NCBI GenBank assembly: GCA_030390025.1
Contig: CM059432.1
Coordinates: 107,944,001 to 108,008,000 of the forward strand
Direction of reading: 5' to 3'
DNA from: Squalus acanthias
Lineage: Eukaryota
Length of the DNA: 64,000 bases
Each line of letters starts with the position of its first letter. Positions within the stretch are counted from its first letter, which is position 1. The notes beneath the pieces are model-generated. The model ran no database searches, was not told the DNA's origin, and saw only the letters and a list, made by a program, of their open reading frames with translations. The position numbers were made by a program, and so were the translations under genes. Shown in pieces: positions 52,025-64,000 of this stretch.

Positions 52025-52196
52025 GGGGGCTAAATTGGTCTTGGGCAGTAGCGCAGAATGGGCAATAGCGAATGGGCAGCCCATTTTACACCCTGCCACT
52101 GGCTTCAATGGAAAAGCAAATCGGGTAGTGTGTAAAATGGGCGGCCCATTCGCTATCACCTGTTCTGAGCTACAGCCCAAGATCAATTTACCGCCC
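52025..52196. mobile_element. Palindromic MITE (Harbinger-like)
   Basis: gggggctaaattggtcttggg / cccaagatcaatttaccgccc ends, inner arms atagcgaatgggcagcccattttacac / gtgtaaaatgggcggcccattcgctat, ATT on both sides. Confidence 0.75.
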
Positions 52197-54209
52197 ATTA
52201 TACAAACTGTGAGATATTAGATCAATAGAGAAAATAAATAACATCACATTATTTGACGGCTTGTACTGAGGGACCAATTTTGAATTGTCACAAGAAAGAT
52301 CAGTTGTTTTTTGTAATATCTGACTAATAGGTGTTAACCAGATCTCTCGTGACTGCTCGGCGAGTCCCCAGTTTCTGTGCTGTCTGCTTCAGCTAAGCCT
52401 GCGAGCGTAATGTTCAATAGTTTTCACAGTATAGACTGTGATCAAATCATCACAAGTTCATGGCTCAAAGTTTCCTCCTCATTTGGCCCCATAGACAGAC
52501 GTAAACTGGGCGCAAACCAATTACGTGCCTTAAAAGATGACGGAATTTTGAGCTAAGTGTAACCACAAAACGCCCAAGTCTCCTCGATCATTTACGTCCA
52601 TCCAAACCCTCCACCCGAACGAATCTCCGCCCACAAAACTGGCCACAAATGCGAGTATTCTGCAATCGCGCTTGTCTGGGCTGGGCTCTCTCTTCATGTT
52701 GAGACAAGATTTTCAGGCGCAGCAGGAAACAAAGTCATCTTCTGGTGCAATTTTTTGAGTGTTTATTTAAAATTTATCCTCACCGAGACCTGCTCAGTAT
52801 TTCCTGTTTCTTTGAATGCATTTTTATGGCAAAGTGTAAGTCACACTAAAAATGGAAAAGCTTCCCCTATTGCAGGTTCTTAAACATCCTGTGTCTGATG
52901 TGCATGAATGATGGTTCAATAAGTTGAAAATTTTAATTTTCATACTTAAAGAAGAAATATACTGCTGCGGGTTTGGCGTTTCCTTGGGTCCTGATTGTTT
53001 ATGCTGATTTATGCCCATTTTCAGTTCAGGCGTATTCTAATGAGATTGGGAGGATACTTGAGTGTAACTTGACACTGGCAAAATGGTGCACTTTCGAGCC
53101 TAATTTCTGCGTTGCGCACATGAGGTAACTCCAGGCCAAGAAACACAAGGATACTCAGGAAGATTTAAATCAAGAAAAAATTGGAACCTGATAATGCGGG
53201 GCCAGTTCATTAACTTAAGTTTCTGGCGCTGCAAATGTGTTGCTTACAACGCACCCAGAATAGCAGGGCGACAATGTTGGAGCAGTCAGTGAAGACCCTC
53301 TGGTTGCCCTGTGTAATTTTCTGAGGTAGGGTGGGGTGGAGCGGGAGAGGCAGTGGGCCAAGAGGGGCCATGCACCTGGTGTGTGGGAATTTCTTTTAAT
53401 AATAAGAATGTGGCTTTCCATTCAGCGCCCGTTCCAAACGGTGCTGTGTGGCTGGGCTGCTGCTGATCCAGCTGCCTTGTGGAGCCGCTACCTTATTTGC
53501 ATTGAAGTTGGTGGGAGGACCTGCTATCAGATTAACCACCCCAATTTCAACAGCTGAGGGACTCAGATTACATTTTAAAAGTAAAGTGTGAGGAACTGGG
53601 TGGTGCCGTTTCCACTCAGGTAAGTTTTATTAATTCACATGGGGGTAATATTAACCCCCAAAAACGGGTGGGTTGGAGTCAGGTGAGATGTAAAAAAATT
53701 TAAATCTCAAACCCGACCCCAACTCGCCTCCTTCTGGGTTTAACAGAGGCGGGACAGGGGGCGGGTTGGTCATTTAAATATTATAATGAGACAGGGAGCC
53801 TCACATTTAACCTGTCTTACAGGTTTAACCCTGGCTGGCTGGGTTTCCCAGGCTCGGGAAACCCAGCAGCTCAAGGGAGGCGAGTACTGCCTTGGGGAAA
53901 TGGTAAGTGCCTTGACAGCTTTGTTTGTGGGCCAGGAGGAGCAGGATTACCCCTCCCACGCTGCCACTAATGCAGCAGCAGACTCCCGAACTGCTCCTGC
54001 CGCCTCCTCAGGAGTGCTCCCCACCCGACAGGGAGCCAAGCCTGTCAATCAGGCTCACATCCAAGCGGGGATCCTGTAGAAAAAAAGAGACGCTCGCTGT
54101 GGAGTCAAAACTCCTCCCCCCCTCCCCTGTTTACAAAACCCACCACAGTCAATATCGGTAGCTCTCCATTTACTGTTTACAAATAAGCAAGAAACTCGGT
54201 ACCACAGAC

Positions 54210-54320
54210 CTGAGCAAGCGGTGACTGACTTCGTGTTATTGGAGTGACCTGGTCTGGTTTGAAAGGATCAAAGTCCAGGTCGAGTAGTGACTCCGCTGGC
54301 TGTGTAGCGGGCTGCTCTGG
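54210..54320 (-). CDS. AMPH: Amphiphysin exon (111 nt, phase 0-0) with clathrin box LLDLD and AP-2 DPF motif: PEQPATQPAESLLDLDFDPFKPDQVTPITRSQSPLAQ
   Basis: Minus strand reads cttttatccttcttacag|CCA...CAG|gtctgt. The peptide matches human AMPH 'ETLLDLDFDPFKPEVTP...SPMSQ' as recalled. Confidence 0.93.
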
Positions 54321-54469
54321 CTGTAAGAAGGATAAAAGAGATATCATTAAAGCAGATTTTAGTATTGGCTCCACAGCATCAACCATCATTTCTCTCAGTG
54401 CTGGTATACTTGTACTAACGATGAGGAAGTTCCAGAGTCACAGCATTTTGCCAACGTGTGGGTCCCAGC

Positions 54470-57400
54470 GCCAATGGCCTGCACCGACGGCCCCAGCACC
54501 GATGGCCCCAGCACCGATGGCCCCTGTACCGACGGCCCCAGCACCGATGGCCCCAGCAGCGATAGTCCCAGCACCGATGGCCCCAGCACCGATGACCCCT
54601 GTACCAATGGCCCCAGCAGCGATAGTCCCAGCACCGATGGTCCCTGCACCGATGGTCCCTGCACCGATGGTCCCTGCACCGATGGTCCCAGCACCGATAG
54701 TCGCAGCACCGATGGCTCCAGCACCGATGGCCCATTCACCGATGGCCCCTGTACCGATAGTCCCAGCACCGATGGTCCCTGCACCGATGGTCCCTGCACC
54801 GATGGTCTTAGCACCGATGGCCCCTGTACCAATGGCCCCTGTACCGATGGTCCCAGCACCGATAGTCGCAGCACCGATGGCTCCAGCACCGATGGCCGAT
54901 TCACCGATGGCCCCTGTACCGATAGTCCCAGCACCGATGGCCCCAGCACCGATAGTCCCAGCACCGATGGCCCCAGCACCGATAGTCCCAGCACCGAGGC
55001 CCCAGCAGCGATGGCCCCAGCACCGATGGCCCCTGTACCGATGGCCCCTGTACCGATGGCCCCTGTACCGATAGTCCCAGCACCGACGGCCCATCCACCG
55101 ATGGCCCCAGCACCGATGGCCCCTGTACCGATGGCCCCTGTACCGATGGTCCCAGCACCGATGGCCCCTGTACCGATGGCCCCAGCACCGATGGCCCCTG
55201 TACCGATGGTCCCAGCACCGATGGCCACAGCACCGATGGCCCCTGTACCGATGGCCCCAGCACCAATGACCCCAGCACTGATGGCCCCTGTACCGATGCT
55301 CCCAGCACTGATGGCCCCTGTACCGATGGCCCAGCACCGATGGCCCCTGTACCGATGGCTCAGCACCGATGGCCTCTGTACCGATGGCCCAAGCACCGAT
55401 ATCCCTGCACCGATGGTCCCTGCACTGATGGCCCCTGTACCGATGGCCCCAGCACCGATTGTCCCAGCACCGATGGTCCCTGCACCGATGGCCCATTCAG
55501 TGATGGCCCCTGTACCGATGGCCCATTCACCGACGGTCCCAGCACCGATGGCCCCAGTACCGATGGTCCCAGCACCGATGGCCCCTGTACCGATGGCCCA
55601 TTCAGTGATGGCCCCTGTACCGATGGCCCATTCACCGACGGTCCCAGCACCGATGGCCCCAGTACCGATGGTCCCAGCACCGATGGCCCCTGTACCGATG
55701 ACCCCTGTACCAATGATCCCTTCACCGATGGCCCCAGCACCAATGGCCCCTGTACCGATGACCCCAGCACCGATGGTCCCTGCACCAATGTCCCCAGCAC
55801 CGATGGCCCCTGTACCGATGGCCCAGCACCGATGGCCCCTGTACCGATGGCCCATTCAGCGATGGTCCCAGCACCGATGGCCCCAGCACCGATGGCCCCA
55901 GTACCGATGGCTCTCAGCACCGATGGCCCCAGTACCGATGGTTCCAGTACCGATGGTCCCAGCACCGATGGCTCTCAGCACCGATGACCCCTCACTGATG
56001 GCCCCAGCACCGATAGTCCCAGCACCGATGGTCCCTGCACCGATGGTCCCTGCACCGATGGTCCCTGCACCAATGGTCCCTGCACCGATGGCCCATTCAG
56101 TGATGGCCCCTGTACCGATGGCCCCTTCACCGATGGTCCCAGCACCGATGGCCCCAGCACCGATGGCCCCTGTACCGATGGTCCCAGCACCGATGGCCCC
56201 AGCACAGATGGCCCCAGCACCGATGACCCCAGCACCGATGGCCCCAGCACCGATAGTCCCAGCACCGATGGTCCCTGCACCGATGGTCCCTGCACCGATG
56301 GTCCCTGCACCGATGGTCCCTGCACCGATGGCCCATTCAGTGATGGCCCCTGTACCGATGGCTCATTCACCGATGGTCCCAGCACCGATGGCCCCAGCAC
56401 CGATGGCCCCTGTACCGATGGTCCAAGCACCGATGGCCCCAGCACAGATGGCCCCAGCACCGATGACCCCAGCACTGATGGCCCCTGTACCGATGCTCCC
56501 AGCACTGATGGCCCCTGTACCGATGGCCCAGCACCGATGGCCCATTCAGCGATGGTCCCAGCACCGATGGCCCCTGCACCGATGTCCCCTGTACCGATGG
56601 CCCCTGCACCGATGGCCCATTCAGCGATGGTCCCAGCACCGATGGTCCCAGCACTGATGGCCCCTGCACCGATGTCCCCTGTACCGATGGCCCCTGCACT
56701 GATGCCCCCTGTACCGATGCTCCCAGCACTGATGGCCCCTGTACCGATGGCCCAGCACCGATGGCCCCTGTACCGATGGCCCAGCACCGATGGCCCCTGT
56801 ACCGATGGCCCAGCACCGATGGCCTCTGTACCGATGGCCCGAGCACCGATATCCCAGTACCGATGGTCCCTGCACCGATGGCCCCTGTACCGATGGCCCC
56901 AGCACCGATGGCCCCAGCACCGATGGTCCCAGCACCGATGGTCCCTGCACCGATGGCCCATTCAGTTATGGCCCCTGTACCGATGGCCCATTCACCGATG
57001 GTCCCAGCACCGATGGCCCCAGCACCGATGGTCCCAGCACCGATGGCCCCTGCACCGATGGCCCATTCAGCGATGGTCCCAGCACCGATGGCCCCTGCAC
57101 CGATGTCCCCTGTACCGATGGCCCCTGCACCGATGGCCCATTCAGCGATGGTCCCAGCACCGATGGCCCCTGCACCGATGTCCCCTGTACCAATGGCCCC
57201 TGCACCGATGGCCCATTCAGCGATGGTCCCAGCACCGATGGTCCCAGCACCGATGGCCCCTGCACCGATGTCCCCTGTACCGATGGCCCCTGCACCGATG
57301 GTCCATTCAGCGATGGTCCCAGCACCGATGGCCCCAGTACCGATGGCTCTCAGCACCGATGGCCCCAGTACCGATGGTTCCAGTACCGATGGTCCCAGCA

Positions 57401-57760
57401 CCGATGGCTCTCAGCACCGATGGCCCCAGCACCGAATAGTCCCAGCACCGATGGTCCCTGCACCGATGGCCCCTGTACCGATGGCCCCTGTACCGATGGC
57501 CCCAGCACCGATGGCCCCAGCACCGATGGCCCCAGCACCGATGATCCCAGCACCGATGATCCCAGCACCGATAGTCCCAGCACCGATGGCCCCTGTACCG
57601 ATGGTCCCAGCACCGATGATCCCTGCACTGATGGCCCCTGTACCAATGGCCCCTGTACCGATGGCCCATTCAGTGATGGCCCCTGTACCGATGGCCCATT
57701 CACCGATGGTCCCAGCACCGATGGCCCCTGCACCGATGGCCCCTTCACTGATATTCCCTG
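54470..57760. repeat. 15-bp minisatellite (GCACCGATGGCCCCA and variants), about 220 units
   Basis: Directly visible tandem array. Confidence 0.98.
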
Positions 57761-58775
57761 CATTGGTGCAGTATTATCATTTCTTCTACACAATCCAATG
57801 AATGAGTCAAATTTAGGTATTCCAGCACATAGCCTTTTGCCCATCTCCTCAGAATATTTCCAAATTCCTCAACCCCTAAGCCAAAGGTAGGAGAAGCCAC
57901 AACTCCACCTTCCCATGGTGCAACCACTCAGGATTGTTATGGCTGCAGTACTTCAGCCAACACAGTCAGCAGTGGAACCTGTTATTATGAGGCTTTATCT
58001 TCTTTAAAAATTAGAGAAATACACTTGAGCTTTTTCAGGAAAGTGTAGGCCATTTATAAAAAATGTTTTACTAGAATATTTTGGGGTCAAAAATCCGTGG
58101 CCCTTCTGGCCCGTGCCTGTCATCGAACGGGAGTGGGGCAAGAGGGCTGCAAATTAGGCCAGGTCGTGGCATATCTGGGTCCTGGCCTTCCCTTCCCTGT
58201 GAGCTTCTGTGGGGTCTTCTAAAGGGCAGGAGGTTTAGTCTCTGGCCAGGGAGGGGCATGAATTGGGTGGCTAGGGAAGGTAGTTCGTGGCGGGAGCAAA
58301 GATGATAGCTTTGGTCTTCCTGATGTTTAACTGGAAGAAGTTAAAGCTCATAGAATCATAGAATGGTTACTGCACAGAAGGCCACCATTCGGCCCAGCGA
58401 GCTTGTGTCGGCTCTCTGCAAGAGCACTTCAGCTAGTCCCACTCCCCCGCCCTTTCCTCGTAGCCCTGCAATTTTTTTCCTTCAGGTACTTATCCAACTC
58501 CCTTTTGAAAGCCATGATTGAATCTGCCTCCACCACCCTTTCAGGCAGTGCATTCCAGATCCTAACCACTCGCTGAGTAAAAAAGATTTTCCTCATGTCG
58601 CCTTTGGTTCTTCTGCCAATCACCTTAAATCTGTGTCCTCTGGTTCTCGACCCTTCCACCAATGGGAACAGTTTCTCTCTAGCTACTCTGTCCAGACCCC
58701 TCATGATTTTGAACACCTCTATCAAATCTCCTCTCAACCCTCTCTGCTCTAAGGAGAACAACCCCAGCTTCTCCA

Positions 58776-60437
58776 ATAGCAAAATACTGCGGATGCTGGA
58801 AAACTGAAATAACAACAGAAAACGCTGGAAAAACTCAGCAGGCCAGGCAACATCCGTGGAGAGAGAAACAGAGTTAACGTTTCAGGTCGAAGACCCATCG
58901 TCAGAACTGAGAAAAAAGCTAGAAATGAAACAGATAAAACAGATACTCGGGTCCCCTCCCTCACCTCTTTTTCCGGTACATTGATGACTGTATCGGTGCC
59001 GTTTCCTGCTCTCGCCCTGAACTAGACAATTTCATTCACTTTGCCTCCAATTTCCACCCTTCCCTCACCTTCAAATGGTCCATCTCCGACTCTTCCCTTC
59101 GCTTCCTCGACTTCTCCGACTCCATCTCTGGGGATAGGCTATTGACAAACATTCACTACAAGCCCACTGACTCCCATAGCTACCTGGACTACACTTCCTC
59201 CCACCTCGCCTCCTGTAAGGACTCTATTCCCTTCTCCCAGTTTCTCCATCTCTGCCGCGTCTGCTCCGACGATGCCACCTTCCATACCAGTGCTTCCGAC
59301 ATGTCTTCCTTTTTCCTCAACCGAGGATTCTCCTCTACCGTGGTTGACACGGCCCTCGACCGTGTCCGTTCTATCTCCTGCACTTCTGCCCTCACCCCGG
59401 CCCCTCCCTCCCGGAACCATGATAGAGTTCCCCTTGTCCTCACCTTTCACCCCACCAGCCTCCACATTCAACGGATCATCCTCCGCCATTTCCACCACCT
59501 CCAACGTGATCCCACCACCAAACGTATCTTCCCCTCACCTCCCCTTTCAGCATTCCGTAGGGACCGCTCCCTCCGAGACACCCTAGTCCACTCCTCTACC
59601 ACCCCCAGCACCCCTTCCCCCTCACCCGGCACCTTCCCGTGCAAGCGCAGGAGATGCAACACCTGCCCTTATACATCCCCCCTTCCCACTCTCCAGGGCC
59701 CCAAACACCCCTTCCAGGTGAAACAGCGATTTACTTGTACTTCTTGCAATTTAGTATACTGTATTCGCTGCTCACGATGCGGTCTCCTCTACATTGGGGA
59801 GACCAAACGCAGATTGGGTGACCGCTTTGTGGAACACCTCTGTTCAGTCCGCAAGGGTGACCCCGAGCTTCCGGTTGCTTGTCATTTTAATTCACCGCTC
59901 CACGCCCACTCAGACCTCACCGTCCTTGGCCTCTTGCATTGTTCCACGGAAGCTCAGCGTAAGCTCGAGGAACAGCACCTCATCTTCTGATTAGGCACTT
60001 TACAGCCTTCCGGACTCAATATCGAGTTCAACAATTTCAGATCATAACCTCGATCCCTACCATATACATATATATATTTTATCCACCCTTTTGGTTTGTG
60101 CCTTTTCCCTTTTTTTTCTCTCTCTCCCCTACTGCAGCTGTCTTTCATTCTGCCAGTATTTCACACTTCACACTTCTGAGCCATATTTTGTTTCTTAACC
60201 TGTCCTATTACCATCTCGTCTTGCCTTGAGCATCTCTTAATGTCTCTACTTCTCACAGACCTCCCCTTTTGTTCTTTTATTCCTCCCCCCAGCCTCCCAC
60301 TTGCTTTTTTATCTGTTTCATTTCCAGCTTTTTTCTCAGTTCTGACGAAGGGTCTTCGACCTGAAACGTTAACTCTGTTTCTCTCTCCACGGATGTTGCC
60401 TGGCCTGCTGAGTTTTTCCAGCGTTTTCTGTTGTTAT
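58776..60437 (+). mobile_element. Penelope-like retroelement, 5'-truncated: inverted partial pLTR (58776-~58945), RT C-terminus + GIY-YIG endonuclease, 3' pLTR
   Basis: ORF 59142-59990 contains HYKPTD, CKRRRCNTC and LVYCIRCSRCGLLYIGETKRRLGDRFVEH. 13-bp TSD CCCAGCTTCTCCA at 58763-58775 and 60438-60450. Premature TGA where other copies read CGA. Confidence 0.93.
60341..60373 (+). ncRNA. Minimal hammerhead motif in the Penelope pLTR (inverted copy at ~58873-58905 on the minus strand)
   Basis: ctgacgaagggtcttcgacctgaaacgttaac. Confidence 0.72.
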
Positions 60438-61109
60438 CCCAGCTTCTCCAGTCTATCCACATAACTTAAGTCCCTCATCCTTGGAACCATTCTAGTAAAT
60501 CTTTTCTGCACCCTCTCTAAGACATTCACATCCTTCCTAAAGTGTGGTGCCCAGAATTGGACACAATACTCCACTTGAGGCTGAACCAATGTTTTATAAA
60601 GGTTCATCATAACTTCCTTGCTTTTGTACTCTATGCCTCTATTTATGATCGCTTTTTTAACCACTTTCTCAACTTGCCCTGCCACCTTCAACGATTTGTG
60701 CACATATACCCCCAGGTCTCTCTGTTCATGCACCCCCTTTAGAATTGTACCCTTTAGTTTATATTGTCTCTCCTCATTCTTCCTACCAAAATGTATTACT
60801 TTGCACTTTTCTGCGTTAAATTTCATCTGCCAATGTCCACCCATTCCACCAGCCTGTCTATGTCTTCTTGAAGTCTATCACTATCCTCCTCACTGTTCAC
60901 TATACTGTCAGTAGTCTGACAGCACTGAGGCAGTGGAGGGGTTGAAGAGGTAGTGGGGAGGTAGAATTGCTACCAAATGATACAGAGATTGCTGCCCATT
61001 AATTCCACATAAGAGCATCTTCATTTAATGGGCTACACTGTGGCTAATCTCCACCAGATATCTGCAACTTAGGTGCAACTTAAGGTTTCTGATCTACCTC
61101 TCGTTGACA

Positions 61110-61179
61110 TAGAACATAGAACATAGAACAGTACAGCACAGTACAGGCCCTTCGGCCCTCGATGTTGTGCCGAGCATTG
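61110..61179 (-). mobile_element. 70-bp CR1-type tail-only insertion
   Basis: (TAGAACA)3 tail plus ggcccttcggccc. TSD TCGTTGACA at 61101-61109 and 61180-61188. Confidence 0.8.
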
Positions 61180-61523
61180 TCGTTGACAAATTCAAACACA
61201 CGAGATTGGTGACAAAACACTGCCTAAATGGAACAAAAGATAAAAATACTGAGCCCCTGGCTCTCCAGTAAAGCTATGCCCACCTCCTTAACACAATCCT
61301 GGCAGAAATAGATTAAGGGAAGAATCACTACATCTGTATGTCAAACAAGCTAAGGTGATCTAAGACACACTTAACCCTGTCTAATGCAGTTGTTGTTTCC
61401 CAGAAGGCTGGTTTCAAATCTAGTTATATTGACAAGAAATATTTAAAGGTTTGTGGATCAGCACAGTTCCATGTCTGAGGGCTTTAAAAATGCAACTCGA
61501 CTGCCAGGGCTCCTCAAAGCCCA

Positions 61524-62399
61524 GCTCACTGTGACACTGCAGGGTCATTGATCGGCTCACTGTGACACTACAGGGTCATTGATCGGCTCACTGTGACACT
61601 GCAGGGTCATCGATCGGCTCACTGTGACACTACAGGGTCATTGATCGGCTCACTGTGACACTGCAGGGTCATCGATCGGCTCACTGTGACACTACAGGGT
61701 CATCGATCGGCTCACTGTGACACTGCAGGATCATTGATCGGCTCACTGTGACACTACAGGGTCATCGATCGGCTCACTGTGACACTACAGGGTCATTGAT
61801 CAGCTCACTGTGACACTGCAGGGTCATTGATCGGCTCACTGTGACACTACAGGGTCATTGATCAGCTCACTGTGACACTGCAGGATCATTGATCGGCTCA
61901 CTGTGACACTACAGGGTCATTGATCGGCTCACTGTGACACTGCAGGGTCATCGATCGGCTCACTGTGACACTACAGGGTCATTGATCGGCTCACTGTGAC
62001 ACTGCAGGGTCATCGATCGGCTCACTGTGACACTACAGGGTCATTGATCGGCTCACTGTGACACTACAGGGTCATTGATCAGCTCACTGTGACACTACAG
62101 GGTCATTGATCGGCTCACTGTGACACTGCAGGGTCATTGATCGGCTCACTGTGACACTACAGGGTCATTGATCGGCTCACTGTGACACTACAGGGTCATT
62201 GATCGGCTCACTGTGACACTACAGGGTCATTGATCGGCTCACTGTGACACTACAGGGTCATTGATCGGCTCACTGTGACACTACAGGGTCATTGATCGGC
62301 TCACTGTGACACTACAGGGTCATTGATCGGCTCACTGTGACACTACAGGGTCATCGATCGGCTCACTGTGACACTGCAGGATCATTGATCGGCTCACTG
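61524..62399. repeat. 31-bp minisatellite, about 28 copies (GCTCACTGTGACACTRCAGGGTCAYYGATCG)
   Basis: Period 31 from 61524 to 62392; no spacers. Confidence 0.98.
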
Positions 62400-62576
62400 C
62401 CACCCCTGGGTCGAACTGCAGCTGAAAATTACTGTTGCTGAAATTTATTTTACTCAGAGACAAGAAATTTCTGAATCTTGAGTAAAATTATGTTTTCATC
62501 TTCATCACTTATCTTGAAATGGTTATTGAGCATTGTAGAGTACTTTAGGCATTAATACTACTAAATCACATGTTAT

Positions 62577-63120
62577 AGAAGAATGAGAGGCGATCTTATT
62601 GAAACATATAAGATTGTGAAGGGGTTGGATCGGGTGGATGCGGGGAGGATGTTCCCGATGATGGGTGAAACTAGAACTAGGGGGCATAGTCTTAGAATAA
62701 GGGGCTGCTCTTTCAAAACTGAGATGAGAAGGAACTATTTCACTCAGAGGGTGGTAGGTCCATGGAATATGCTGCCCCAAAAAGCTGTAGAAGCTACATC
62801 ATTACATAAATTTAAAACAGAAATAGACAGTTTCCTAGAAGTAAAGGGAATTAAGGGTTACGGGGAGCGGGCAGGAATTTGGACATGAGTCTAGGTTCGG
62901 ATCGGTCATGGCCCTGTGGGTAGTGGAGCGGGCCCAGGGGCCGTGTAGCCTGATCCTGCTCCTATTTCGTGTGTCCAATTCTGTTAGGTTCAGGAGATGG
63001 TTCTGTGATAGTAGATTGGCGGTTAGGATCAGATCAGCCATGATCTTATTGAATGGCGGAGCAGGCTCGAGGGCCAATTGGCCTACTCCTGCTCCTATTT
63101 CTTATGTTCTTATGTTCTTA
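62577..63120 (+). mobile_element. CR1 3' fragment, same subfamily as 7303-10288
   Basis: MRGDLIETYKIVKGLDRVDAG...ERAGIWT and the same two-module 3' UTR. Confidence 0.92.
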
Positions 63121-63599
63121 TACTGTCATAATGTGTTTGCATAAAATTAGTTCATTATCAATCATGTAGCAATGGAAATAAAAATAATGATTCTGTAGCA
63201 GCTTTCATGTGCTTATTGTATTTCATTAAGCTCTTCAAAATGGACTGGAAGACATCCTCTCAGTCAGAGTAATGCGCAGTTATAAATCTGGCAGACATTT
63301 TCTGCTCCATATGATAGTGCTGCGATTTACATTCATTAGCATCGCCTTTGATGTAAGAAAAACTTAATTTTTACAATCCAGCTACAATGATGAATTTAAA
63401 TCATGCAGTGAACTTAAAGGAGCAAATTCACTGAGAGGCGGTCCCAGAATGGAGTCTCGCTAGCTATGAGGACGGGTCAGAGAGAGGGCTGATTTTGCCC
63501 TAAGGGGTCAAAAATTATATAAATGGAAATTGCAGTCTATCCAACTATTTTATTGAGTTGTGGTGTAGTACAAGGGACCTCCAAATTGCTAGATCTAAG

Positions 63600-63980
63600 C
63601 ATCAACAACTTGCATTTATAAAGTGCCTTTAACGTAGAAATATGTCCCAAGGTGCTTCACAGAAGTGTACGGAAAATTAATCTCCGGGCCAAAGAAAGAG
63701 ATTATGGGGGGTAACCAAAAGCTTGGTTATAGAGGTGGATTTTAAGAAGGAAGAAAGGGAGATGGGAAGAGAAGCCATTGGTGGAGATGGTCTGGCTACA
63801 ATTGGATAAAGAAAGATTTATATTTATATAGCACCTTTCATAACCTCAGGACGTCCCAAAGCACTTTATAGCCAATGAAGTACTGTTGCAGTCTAGTCGC
63901 TGTTGTAATGTAGGGAATTTTCACACAGCAAACCCCATAAACAGCAATTAAATAAATGACCAGATAAACCGTTTTAGAAA
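63600..63980 (-). mobile_element. L2-like 3' end followed by a Deu-type SINE 3' part
   Basis: caacaacttgcatttataaagtgcc and atttatatagcacctttcataacctcaggacgtccc, similar to 40915-41100. Confidence 0.6.
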
Positions 63981-64000
63981 CATAGAAACATAGAAACTAG

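Larger units (their letters stand above)
58348..60910 (-). mobile_element. CR1 3' fragment split by a Penelope insertion (58348-58775 and 60438-60910)
   Basis: ...RLEKLG|LFSLEQRGLRGDLIEVFK is continuous across the insertion. Confidence 0.9.

Noticed and set aside
41847..54320. BIN1 (amphiphysin 2) as the gene identity
   Set aside because: DPFKP, TLPWDLW, STELVQP and FNGFTQ match AMPH as recalled; BIN1 has DPLPP and SIPWDLWEP.
54244..57890. Collagen-, mucin- or antifreeze-like ORFs (MAPAP, GAIGA, TDGPS)
   Set aside because: Product of a stop-free 15-mer array with frequent frameshifts, open on both strands.
61524..62399. CRISPR-like 31-bp repeats
   Set aside because: Head-to-tail with no unique spacers, no cas genes, and a vertebrate intron context.

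Overview
Vertebrate genomic DNA, most likely from a cartilaginous fish (inferred from the repeat families: CR1 LINEs, HE1/HER1-like and Deu-type SINEs, Penelope elements). The window lies inside the minus-strand amphiphysin gene (AMPH), in its central clathrin/AP-2-binding region. Exons with canonical AG/GT ends, in transcript order: 54210-54320 (LLDLDFDPFKP), 47157-47180 (TLPWDLWE), 44312-44335 (ASTELVQP), a 1662-nt acidic exon at 42133-43794, 41847-41879 (MPSAAFNGFTQ), and a 63-nt exon present as three identical copies (30256-30318, 20434-20496, 10939-11001). The three copies arise from a tandem triplication of an ~9.8-kb block (about 1400-33500). Its junctions are chimeric CR1 LINEs, which points to CR1-mediated unequal recombination in two rounds. 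The rest is intronic: CR1 copies (one with an uninterrupted ORF2), Penelope elements with minimal hammerhead ribozymes, SINEs, L2/HER1-like fragments, Harbinger-type elements, a local inverted duplication and four minisatellites. There are no prokaryotic features and no CRISPR array. Family names come from my recall of consensus motifs, not from database searches, and repeat boundaries are approximate unless a target-site duplication (TSD) is given.
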